Part shown: in pieces, positions 27,001 through 34,232 of the stretch
How positions within the stretch are numbered: position 1 is the first letter of the stretch
How the letters are laid out: each line of letters starts with the position of its first letter
From: Chloroflexota bacterium
GTDB taxonomy: Bacteria > Chloroflexota > Chloroflexia > QHBQ01
Reading direction: 5' to 3'
DNA: 64,000 nucleotides
Assembly: GCA_025355955.1 (NCBI GenBank)
Contig: JANXYP010000193.1
Coordinates: forward strand, 3,597-67,596
Position numbers and translations under genes: made by a program
The notes under the pieces: generated by a model
Told to the model about the DNA's origin: nothing
Seen by the model: only the letters and a program-made list of their open reading frames with translations
The model's database searches: none

Positions 27001-27025
27001 TCTGCTTGCTAAGGGTGGGTGTCAT
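24002..27025 (-). CDS. STAND/AAA_16-type P-loop NTPase with a long C-terminal TPR array
   Basis: LVGRDHEL…GGQEGMGKS (Walker A), …SNPYQPV…, VLIIDE (Walker B), then >500 aa of TPR-like repeats (…AYEYLGNTKEAIADLESAL…, …LGLVYNRMRKLDEAERYLRTALDI…). No output domain is visible. Confidence 0.85.
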   Translation of the reverse strand: MTPTLSKQTDKNKKAAPHLLKLVGRDHELDLINNALLRLKGGRNDCLLFGGQEGMGKSNLLAYCQAEAQKHGFLVFSGRADESADSNPYQPVFSALGLAFGAGGAIVRSSTVGGATKEFGLEAGKHIADVINIFNSLIPNPIGIAFEVSDMVRRVNNFNKEQRRAREEGSSGTTVNKNFLAIHQTLRSWYEQGKKKPIVLIIDEVQYARETTFKLLDALITPTFPILVMLGWDGSLNDVPSALRTLISRTRGEMVKLEPLAHHDTLALIDELAHDPRNHVAEADIKQAREQIANFSAGVPGIIHESIEYLVQGGEAAVFTTGDESADDTTRGATLVGALTAKYLDTLSPDLYGLLECAAVVGRRFPLDLLTSDRLREYQGLSASRRGVLRQLAELAERHQIITAEANDEQVLTFTSSHIHNSLLRKLPSSLIRNDHLEVAIAWEQLANQQGNVDAVAADLARHFFAAAQYEPASRYYLTAAAKLFNETAYAETVDSYTKALACLDHLSATDENLAIRREVLTTRSLAYEYLGNTKEAIADLESALPFSDVGTAEEQAASDEQPAYAEQSAAQKAELQRAELRGHLGWLYFKLGNYGKASSCFDECEQLYSAAGDLDGRVRVGVYRGSMLSQQRNFEAAITELQGCLSLYAAHGISEETVAAGLDTAQLVAAEDLDRVYLELGLVYNRMRKLDEAERYLRTALDISERQGDRASAVQGKHYLGQCLSFQCKAEAIKYLTEAEQEARTQLKDRYLAASIGNTLAYAYQNLGQAVASAETFQKLIPELEGLGDSYGLGAAYGGLGGLYARMWKLDEALEYLQRDLDLVNADEQPAASLVSKLTNQIADLQRLKGDHEAAWASLAASREAATRLSDKAAARHSQGFAALTAARLHADAGDIGQGKAALAEAQDKLADIPDTSAAIVIIGGQLARLQQNWATANQMLIDNLKTLWPGGDAYEIAITGLELTRLARDMTEPDTANRWANWTVERAKQLDNVALAQLVKQEITR

Positions 27026-27035
27026 AGGGTTTCGT

Positions 27036-27062
27036 TAGTGCTAAGTGCTGAGTTCAGTGTGT
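27036..27062. repeat. Degenerate heptanucleotide array (TAGTGCT/AAGTGCT/GAGTTCA)
   Basis: Located 11 nt upstream of the start codon at 27025 (minus strand). Confidence 0.6.
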
Positions 27063-27281
27063 GAAAAGGGCGAACCGTTGTTTGCCCCCACGTACTATTA
27101 GACTACTTTCCGAGACTTTCGGAGTGCTGGGCGCTGAGGTGCTACACTTGGCACATTATAGCATACCTGTTGATGCGGGCGCAAGAACCGTATCTGTTGC
27201 TTCTACCGTATACCATTCATTCCCCGTGTTTTCCCACCCCTGGCTTGTGGTTCAGATCAGGTTCTTAGCGCTAAGGAGAGA

Positions 27282-28070
27282 ATGATGAGCAAAACAATCA
27301 GGTTCCCGGTTCGCGTCGGGCTGGCCGCGCTGCTGCTGCTACTGGCGCTGGGCGCAATGCTGCTGCCCAGGGACAGCGCCGCGCAGTCCGGCGCGACAAT
27401 GAACAGCCATGCGGTGGCCGCCGACTTCCTCGCCTACTGGCAGGCACATGGCGGGCTGGCGATCAACGGCTATCCGATTACCGATGAGGCGATCGAAGTG
27501 AGCCAGACCGATGGCAAGAGCTACGCAACCCAGTGGTTCGAGCGGGCGCGCTATGAGCGCCACCCGGAGAACCCGACCGCTAGCCGCGTGCTGCTGGGGC
27601 TGCTGGGTGTGGAGTATAGCAAAGGCAAGAGCTTTGCGCCCGCCACCAGCCAGGTGAGCAACGCCACCACCACTTACTTCGCGGCCACCAACCACAGCCT
27701 GAGCGACAGCGGCGCGCCCTTCCTCAGCTACTGGAAGGTGGGCGGCGGGCTGGCCCAGTTCGGCTACCCGCTCTCGGAGCAGTTGCCGGAGGTCAGCACC
27801 GACGGCAAGACCTACATGGTGCAATACTTCGAGCGGCAACGCTTCGAGTATCACCCGGAGCAGAGCAACCCACAGTACCGCGTGCTACTCGGCCTGCTGG
27901 GGGTGCAGCTTTATCAGCAGGGCAACGCCACGTCAACGCCCGGCCAGACCAGCGGCCTGCCGCCAACCGATACCCCCGCATCCGCGCCCGCGCCGACCAA
28001 TACGCCCGCGCCTGCGCCGACCGCACCGCGCAGCAACGGGCCAACCCCAACCTATGGCGGAGGATTATAG
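27282..28070 (+). CDS. Secreted protein with two 'YW..HGG…GYPIT' repeats and a P/T-rich tail (paralogue of the N-terminus of 17738-19384)
   Basis: AAGGAGAGA RBS, signal peptide …LLPRDSAAQ, and repeats FLAYWQAHGGLAINGYPITDE…WFERARYERHPE…LLGLLG and FLSYWKVGGGLAQFGYPLSEQ…YFERQRFEYHPE…LLGLLG. Confidence 0.8.
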   Translation: MMSKTIRFPVRVGLAALLLLLALGAMLLPRDSAAQSGATMNSHAVAADFLAYWQAHGGLAINGYPITDEAIEVSQTDGKSYATQWFERARYERHPENPTASRVLLGLLGVEYSKGKSFAPATSQVSNATTTYFAATNHSLSDSGAPFLSYWKVGGGLAQFGYPLSEQLPEVSTDGKTYMVQYFERQRFEYHPEQSNPQYRVLLGLLGVQLYQQGNATSTPGQTSGLPPTDTPASAPAPTNTPAPAPTAPRSNGPTPTYGGGL

Positions 28071-28478
28071 AGAACGGCGGGTGGATAAGCGGATTTAGCC
28101 AGTGGACGTGGGCAGCGGACAAGCGGATAATCGGAACGGGGTTGGCATGGGCGACCACACCGCGTAGGGGCGGGCGGTGGCCCGCCCTGGTGACTTGCGT
28201 CAATGTTCGGGGCAGGACGGCACGCCGCAAGATTACAGGGGGTTAGGGGCGACAGCCCCATGCTCAAGCGCTTTGCTGCTAATCGTAAGCAACGAATGGT
28301 GGGTTTTACCAATTAGCCGTGGTGACGCTATAATTTCTGTAGGGGCGAACAACGGTTCGCCCTGGCCCAATTTATACTATCTGCTCGGCTAATTGGTATT
28401 AGAGCCAGGCAGGATGCGGAGGATACGGAGAAGGCGGAAGACTGCAAGACAGGGTTCGCATCATCTCGCCGCATACGC

Positions 28479-28955
28479 CTACAGATCGTCTTTCTGGTGC
28501 AGGGCGCGGATGTGATTGAGTTCGCCTGCGTGGTAGAGGTCATGCTCGATCACGATCGTGATTAGCCAGCGGGTCTCCTTCTGCGCGCCTGAGGGCGCAC
28601 TACGAAGGCGGAGCAGTTCGGCATCATCCAGCGCGGCGATGCTTTGGCGCAGAAGCGCCTGCCCTTCGCGCAGCCAGGCAATCGCCGAGGAGATGGTGGC
28701 GAGCGCTTCGCCTCCATCAATGACGGGATCCTCCCACGTGTACTGCTCGTCGCCGAAGGCATGGTTGTGGTACATGAACTTGCAGCCGCCTACGTGCCGC
28801 ACGATGTCGCGAATGGAGCGCTGACCGTCCGGCGGTACCCACAGCCAGTCGGCAGGCTTAACCGAGCGGAGATTGCCTAGCAACGAATGCCAATCCGTTC
28901 CGTCGAACGCATGGTCGAGCAAGTACAAGAGCTGGGAAACGGCTGGAGCTGTCAT
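28479..28955 (-). CDS. DinB-family (DinB_2-like) metal-dependent protein
   Basis: Four-helix-bundle His triad context (…IVRHVGGCKFMYHNHAFG… and …EHDLYHAGELNHIRAL). ATG at 28955 is preferred over 28991. Confidence 0.75.
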   Translation of the reverse strand: MTAPAVSQLLYLLDHAFDGTDWHSLLGNLRSVKPADWLWVPPDGQRSIRDIVRHVGGCKFMYHNHAFGDEQYTWEDPVIDGGEALATISSAIAWLREGQALLRQSIAALDDAELLRLRSAPSGAQKETRWLITIVIEHDLYHAGELNHIRALHQKDDL

Positions 28956-29203
28956 GACATACATTATATCGCAAAGCCGCACTGAAGGCAACCTTGCCCG
29001 CTAGCTCTGGGTCCTCTATCCGTTCCGTGTCCTCCGTGATGCCAAACACCCCACCCAGCGGCCATGCCTACGATATGCGTTACTAACGGGCGGTAGGGCG
29101 TATGCGATTCGCCCCTACGCCAATGTTGATGCTTGCGATGGTCATTAGCGCTTCGCGCTCCCCCACCCAGCCTCCCCCTTTGGGGAGGGGTTAGTTCGTT
29201 GGC

Positions 29204-30127
29204 CTAATGCGTCGCTTTCGCCCGCTCGATGGCGGCATCGTGAGCCTTCACTTCGATGGTGTCGTCAAGCGGCGGCAAGGTAACGTTGCCATAGCGACGG
29301 ATGAGGGCGCGTTCGATCAGCCAGTCAGCCACCGGCGGGTTCTTGGGCAGCAACGAGCCGTGCAGGTAGCAGCCAATTGCAGACTTGTAGACTGCGCCCT
29401 CCCAGCCGTCCTCGCCGTTGTTGCCATGCCCCACCGTCACGCGACCGAGCGGCGGTAGCCCCTTGTTCAGATAGGTGTGGGCGCTGTGGTTCTCGAAGCC
29501 CACCAGCCTGCCAAACTGTTCGCTGTCCACCACCATATTGCCGATGAACCGTGTCGGCCCAGCGACGGAGTATGCGTCGAACAGGCTGATGCCAGGCAGC
29601 TTGTCGGCGTTGTGGGGTTGGTAGTAGTGGCCGAGCAACTGGTAGCCACCGCAGACCGAGAGCAGCGCCGCGCCATCCTCCACTGCCTGCCGCAGCCGTG
29701 TGCCGCGCCCGTCACGCTGCAGGTCGGCGGCGACCGCTTCCTGCTGCTGGTCCTGCCCACCGCCGAAGAAGTAGAGGTCGTATTTGTCGGTATCCAGCGG
29801 GTCGCCGACGCTGACCCGCTCCACGCTCACGCCGATGCCGCGCCACTTGCAGCGCTGTGCAATGCTGATAGTGTTGCCGCGGTCGCCGTAAATGTTCATC
29901 AGGTCGGCGTACAGGAAGGCGACGTGGATCAGTGCTGAGTGCTGAGTGCTGAGTGCTGAGTGCTGAGGCTGTGCCTGAAGCCCCGCTTGGTTGTTTGTAG
30001 GGGCGAACAACGGTTCGCCCTTTACTGACACATCAGGCTGTGCCGGAAGCCCAGCTTCGTTGTTTGTAGGGGCGAAAAACGGTTCGCCCTTTTCAGACAT
30101 TTCATGGTGTGGGAGTGTTGCGGACAT
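29204..30127 (-). CDS. gatD: Lipid II isoglutaminyl synthase glutaminase subunit GatD (CobB/CobQ-like class I amidotransferase); N-terminal boundary uncertain
   Basis: The conserved core starts at IHVAFLYADLMNIYGDRGN…, nucleophile SVCGGYQLLG. The first ~65 codons of the ORF are made of two REP copies plus a (GTGCTGA)n array. Possible internal GTG/TTG starts exist. Confidence 0.8.
   Translation of the reverse strand: MSATLPHHEMSEKGEPFFAPTNNEAGLPAQPDVSVKGEPLFAPTNNQAGLQAQPQHSALSTQHSALIHVAFLYADLMNIYGDRGNTISIAQRCKWRGIGVSVERVSVGDPLDTDKYDLYFFGGGQDQQQEAVAADLQRDGRGTRLRQAVEDGAALLSVCGGYQLLGHYYQPHNADKLPGISLFDAYSVAGPTRFIGNMVVDSEQFGRLVGFENHSAHTYLNKGLPPLGRVTVGHGNNGEDGWEGAVYKSAIGCYLHGSLLPKNPPVADWLIERALIRRYGNVTLPPLDDTIEVKAHDAAIERAKATH
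29931..29967. repeat. Tandem heptanucleotide array (AGTGCTG) x5
   Basis: Five perfect units, in frame inside the annotated 5' end of the gatD ORF (translated …QHSALSTQHSAL…). Confidence 0.9.
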
Positions 30128-30821
30128 CCACTTCTCCTTTGATTAGCTGATCATAGGTGGGCATTTGGATTTTACCGGAGCTGGGATCCTGGATATAGAG
30201 GCGCACGGTGCGGGTGCTGCTGTCGGCAATCATGATGGTGCGGCTGGCGGAGGGCGAGTCGCTCTGACCGTAGAGGGTGAGGTTGGCGAAGCTGCGCCGC
30301 CGCGTGTCGAATATCCCCAGTGTGGCGCTAATGCTGCTGCCAGGGGCGATGATGGTGTCGCCGCTGCCGTCGGCGTTTAGCTGATGCACGCCATCGGTCA
30401 GCGCGGGCAGGTTGTCCTGGGTCAGGCTCTGGCCGTAAACGTAGTAGTGCAGCTTGCCTGCGCTGGGCCAGTCGAGCCGAAAGTTGGTCACGATGGTCTC
30501 ATACGTGGCCTGGTCGGGCGTGGGGTGACGCATTACCTTGTCTGGCACGATAATCTTCTCAGCGCTGCCTGCCGCGTTGTTCAGGCACAGGTTCCAGTGA
30601 TCATCGGCAATCTCCAACTGCTGGGTCTGGTCGTTGAACTGGGTGGTGAGGTCGCGGCGAAAGTAGGCCACCTGGGTGCCGTCCGGCGACCAGACTGGCG
30701 ACTCGAAGGTAGTGGCCTGCTGCGACGGGGAGGAGTTGGCAGTGCAGCCCGCCAGCAGCAGGAGCAGCAGCAAGATAAAGAGTTTTGAGTTTTGAGTTTT
30801 GAGTTTTGAGTTGAAGGGCAT
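30102..30821 (-). CDS. Lipoprotein of unknown function
   Basis: Lipobox LLLLLAGC. ATG at 30821. The n-region MPFNSKLKTQNSKL is encoded by the (GAGTTTT)n array. It sits between murT and gatD. Confidence 0.7.
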   Translation of the reverse strand: MPFNSKLKTQNSKLFILLLLLLLAGCTANSSPSQQATTFESPVWSPDGTQVAYFRRDLTTQFNDQTQQLEIADDHWNLCLNNAAGSAEKIIVPDKVMRHPTPDQATYETIVTNFRLDWPSAGKLHYYVYGQSLTQDNLPALTDGVHQLNADGSGDTIIAPGSSISATLGIFDTRRRSFANLTLYGQSDSPSASRTIMIADSSTRTVRLYIQDPSSGKIQMPTYDQLIKGEVDVRNTPTP

Positions 30822-30890
30822 CAGGTTGTTTTCCTTGCGTCGGGGCGAGTGCAACTGCTCCATAGTTTTGAGTTTTGAGTTTTAAGTTGA
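30780..30890. repeat. Two blocks of (GAGTTTT)n heptanucleotide repeats
   Basis: 30780-30813 (4+ units) and 30864-30890 (3-4 units), both in the same orientation. Confidence 0.9.
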
Positions 30891-30980
30891 AATACATTAG
30901 GTTGTTTTCCTTACCCTAGAGCGTGTACAGCCTATAGCTACCTAATTGATCGCAACATTCGGTAAATACCTAACTATATT

Positions 30981-31013
30981 AACTCAAAACTCAAAACTCA
31001 AAACTCAAAACTA
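30981..31013. repeat. (AACTCAA)n heptanucleotide array, inverse orientation to 30780-30890
   Basis: Four units ending in the murT stop codon (CTA at 31011-31013). Confidence 0.9.
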
Positions 31014-32438
31014 ATCCTCCCAGAACCGCCCCACCACGCCCATGTCGCCGAGCAGGGCGCGCAGTTGCAGCATTGCGGTATACGTAGGCAGCACGTACAG
31101 GGTTGCATCGCCAGGGGTGGCGGCGAGGGCAAGGTCCAGCGCGGCACGTAGATTGTCGGCAGGGGCGGCGCTGATGCGGCTAGCATCCACGCCCGCATAC
31201 TTGAGGCGTAGGGCCATGTCAGCGGCACGAAGACCGGCGGTGGTGGCACGGGCAGTGGTGTCGCCCGCGAGTAGCTCGAAGTCCACATCCCAGAGCCAGC
31301 TAACGTCGCGGCCATCGGCGGCCAGGTCGTTGATGATAATCAGCAGGTGCAGCGGCGCGGCGGGGGTGAGCATTCGCAGCGCCTCATTGAAGCCGACCGG
31401 GTTCTTGACCAGCACCAGCAACAGATGCTTGTCACCAATCTGCACCCGTTCGATGCGCCCGAAGGCGGCCTGGAACGCCATCAGCCCCTGTTGTGCATCG
31501 GCCAGCGATAGGCCCAGTTCGCAGGCAGCGGCGGTCGCCGCCAGCGCGTTGTAGACGTTATACAGCCCCGGCACGCGCACGGTTAGTGCCTGCTCATCGT
31601 CGGGGCTGGCGATCAGCACATCGCTGCCGTCCGGCCCGCGCAGAGTGACCTGGCGGGCGACGTAATCGGGAGTGGGGCGGGCGAAGTCGCCGTTGGGACA
31701 ATGGTAAATGCCGCTATCCGCGCTGTAGACCACATCGTAGACGAGCGCCGCGCCGCAGCAGGGGCAGTTCAGCGCGTCGGAGGCGTGGGGCAACACGCCG
31801 ATATTGTGCGCCGCATCGTCCAGCCCAAAGTAGCGCACTTTGGCGCGATGCTCACCCAGACCGAGGCTGGCAACGGCAGGCGCGTCGGCGTTGAGCAACA
31901 CGACGCTGTTCGCGCCCAGCGCGTTAATCGCCGCCACCCACTTGCGCCGCACTGCGACCACCTCGCCATAGCGGTCGAGCTGGTCGCGGAATAGGTTGTT
32001 GATAAGGAGCAGGCGTGGCTGCACCGCCTTGACCGCTGCTGGCGTGGCCGCCTCGTCCACCTCGAACAGGGCGAACTCCTCGTGCAGCCCGCCGCGCAGG
32101 TTGGCCGCGCTAATCAGGGTGCTGACCAGCCCGCGCATCAGGTTGCTGCCGCTGCGGTTGTGCAATACCCGCCAGCCCGCTGCCTGCATAATGGCGGAGA
32201 GCATCCGCGTGGTGGTGGTCTTGCCGTTGGTACCAGTCACGATTGCGGCACCGCGCCCCAGTTGACCGACCATGCGGCTAACCAGACGAGGGTCGAGCCG
32301 CTCGGCAACCAGGCCGGGCAGGGCGGTGCCGCCACCGCGCCCCAGCCGCCGCGTGGCCCAGCCCGCCAGCTTGCCTGCGCTAATCGCGGCGGTGGTGCGT
32401 AGCCCTGGCCTGATTCGCTTGCTGCTCTGGTTTGCCAA
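31011..32438 (-). CDS. murT: Lipid II isoglutaminyl synthase ligase subunit MurT (Mur ligase family with DUF1727-like C-terminus)
   Basis: VTGTNGKTTTTRML P-loop, Cys-rich insert NCPCCGAAL…YHCPNG, and a Mur-ligase central/C-terminal pattern. It is paired with gatD downstream. Confidence 0.85.
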   Translation of the reverse strand: MANQSSKRIRPGLRTTAAISAGKLAGWATRRLGRGGGTALPGLVAERLDPRLVSRMVGQLGRGAAIVTGTNGKTTTTRMLSAIMQAAGWRVLHNRSGSNLMRGLVSTLISAANLRGGLHEEFALFEVDEAATPAAVKAVQPRLLLINNLFRDQLDRYGEVVAVRRKWVAAINALGANSVVLLNADAPAVASLGLGEHRAKVRYFGLDDAAHNIGVLPHASDALNCPCCGAALVYDVVYSADSGIYHCPNGDFARPTPDYVARQVTLRGPDGSDVLIASPDDEQALTVRVPGLYNVYNALAATAAACELGLSLADAQQGLMAFQAAFGRIERVQIGDKHLLLVLVKNPVGFNEALRMLTPAAPLHLLIIINDLAADGRDVSWLWDVDFELLAGDTTARATTAGLRAADMALRLKYAGVDASRISAAPADNLRAALDLALAATPGDATLYVLPTYTAMLQLRALLGDMGVVGRFWED

Positions 32439-32662
32439 GTTCGCTCCTTGTGATAAGTCGCTGTAGGATAACAGATTTGCCCCATGTTACGCAAGGATAC
32501 TTGCTTGCCTGGGTGCGCGTCTAGTTCTTGCGGAGCAAGCGTTCAGTAGGGGCGAACAACGGTTCGCCCTGGTTGGGTATGCTAGAACGTGACGCACACC
32601 CTGCTTGCCTGGCTGTGCCGCATTCTCATTCCGAATTCAACGAAAACTCGTGTATAAACCTC

Positions 32663-32691
32663 TTGCATTTATCGAACACCTGTGCTATAAT
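32663..32691 (+). promoter_or_regulatory. Sigma70-like promoter upstream of the FtsK-like gene
   Basis: TTGCAT (32663-32668), 17 nt spacer, TATAAT (32686-32691), in an AT-rich spacer. Confidence 0.55.
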
Positions 32692-32785
32692 TCATTCAAC
32701 CCATCTTAGAACACTTATTCTAATGTTTTAAGTCGGTCGCGCCAACTGGCGGAACACGGCGCACGTCATAAAATAGGAACCCCAA

Positions 32786-33997
32786 GTGAAGGACATCCTC
32801 GAATATAACGCCAATACGATTGAGTACGTGCTGCACACGCACGGCATCGAAGGCCGCGTGGATGGTGGCACCGTCTCAGCACGGCTGATGGGCTTCCACC
32901 TCATCCTGCCACCAACGGTGCGTCCCTCGCGTATCGCCGCGCTACTGCCCACTATTGCTACCGCGCTAGGAACGACTTCCTGCCGCTTGAGCGTGCGCGA
33001 TGGGGTGATTACCCTGGAAGCGCCGCGCCCCGACCCGCAGATGGTCAAGCTGCTCGACCTCTACCAACGGCTGGACGGTGGCGAGTTCGGCGACGACAGC
33101 GATATGCCACCCGCAACCGCGCTGCTCGGGCTCGACAGCGAAGGCACGCCACTGCTGCTGCGCCTCGACGGGCAAGGGGTGGGTAACGTGCTGCTCATTG
33201 GGGAGCGCAACGGGGGCAAGAGTGCGCTGCTGCGGGGGATGCTGATGAGCCTGGCGCTGGCAAATGGGCCGGACGAGCTACAGATACTGGTGATTGACGT
33301 GGGCAAGCATGGCGGCGCGCTGACCCAGCTTGATGGCCTACCTCACTTGCTTACGCCAGTGGTCGACGACCCGCTCGACGCAATTCATCGTCTTAGCTGG
33401 CTGGCCCGCCACCTGGAATGGCGCGAGGAGAACGAGGTGGCCGAGCCGCGCATTGTGGTGGCGATTGACGATGCCACGCCGCTGCTGGCTGCCGATAGAC
33501 GCAAGGTTGCCAGTACGCTGAAGACGATCTGCCTGCGCGGGCCGCAACGTGGTATTCATGTCATTGCTGCTAGCCGCAAGCTCGACCCTGGCCTGATCGG
33601 CGATAACCTGCGTAGCAACTTCCCCGCCCGCATCGTCGGCAAGGTCGGCAGCGCAGACGATGCCCACGATTGCACCGGCCAGAGCAGCAGCGGCGCGGAG
33701 CAATTGCTGGGCGCGGGCGATATGCTGGTGGTGTTGGAGGGCGAACTGGTGCGGATGCAAGCGGTCTACGCCAGCGATACCGAGTGCGCCCAGGTGGTGC
33801 GGCTGATGCAGAAGGTGGCCCGCGAACAACAGCGCGAACAGGAGCGCGAGAAGCAGCCGCTGCGGGCTGGTCGCCCCGCCCGCGACCTGGCCGCCCGCCA
33901 GCCCGCGTCCGCCTGGCAGGCGGATGATGAGGCTGATGCTTACGAGCAACCGGCACGGAAAGCGACCCGACGCAGCGGCAACTTGCGGGCGGTGTGA
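32786..33997 (+). CDS. Soluble FtsK/SpoIIIE-family ATPase-like protein (alpha+beta motor domains only; Walker B altered)
   Basis: FtsK-alpha-like N-terminus (…HGIEGRVDGGTVSARLMGFHLILPP…), Walker A GERNGGKS, Walker B position IVVAIDDA (DD instead of DE), …GIHVIAASRK…, ARIVGKVGSADD. No TM segments and no gamma/winged-helix domain. GTG start. Confidence 0.75.
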   Translation: MKDILEYNANTIEYVLHTHGIEGRVDGGTVSARLMGFHLILPPTVRPSRIAALLPTIATALGTTSCRLSVRDGVITLEAPRPDPQMVKLLDLYQRLDGGEFGDDSDMPPATALLGLDSEGTPLLLRLDGQGVGNVLLIGERNGGKSALLRGMLMSLALANGPDELQILVIDVGKHGGALTQLDGLPHLLTPVVDDPLDAIHRLSWLARHLEWREENEVAEPRIVVAIDDATPLLAADRRKVASTLKTICLRGPQRGIHVIAASRKLDPGLIGDNLRSNFPARIVGKVGSADDAHDCTGQSSSGAEQLLGAGDMLVVLEGELVRMQAVYASDTECAQVVRLMQKVAREQQREQEREKQPLRAGRPARDLAARQPASAWQADDEADAYEQPARKATRRSGNLRAV

Positions 33998-34054
33998 GTA
34001 GCAAAACCCCTCCTCAAAGGGGGAGGCGGGGAGGGGGAGCGAGTCGCACGGCAT

Positions 34055-34214
34055 ACCCACCCCAACCCCTCCCGATGGAAGGGGAAAACAGACACCCACC
34101 CCTAGCCCCTCCCGATGGGAGGGGGAAAATGGATACCCACCCCCAACCTCTCCCGACGGGAGGGGGAAAATGGATACCCACCCCTAGCCCCTCCCGATGG
34201 GAGGGGAGTCACAC
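34055..34214. repeat. Tandem array (4 units, ~41 bp) of the H1-type hairpin repeat
   Basis: Units ACCCACCCCTAGCCCCTCCC-GATG-GGAGGGGGAAAATGGAT at 34055, 34094, 34135 and 34176, preceded by a related CCTCCTCAAAGGGGGAGG hairpin at ~34010. Confidence 0.9.
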
Positions 34215-34232
34215 AAATAGTTGAAAGGACTG

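Noticed and set aside
27148-27164. Sigma54-type promoter (TTGGCACattatAGCAt) upstream of 27282
   Set aside because: The GG-to-GC spacing is one nucleotide short of the TGGCAC-N5-TTGC consensus, and the -12 element is poor.
33338-34099. 253-aa minus-strand ORF
   Set aside because: It is antisense to the FtsK-like gene and runs into the hairpin array; a shadow ORF.
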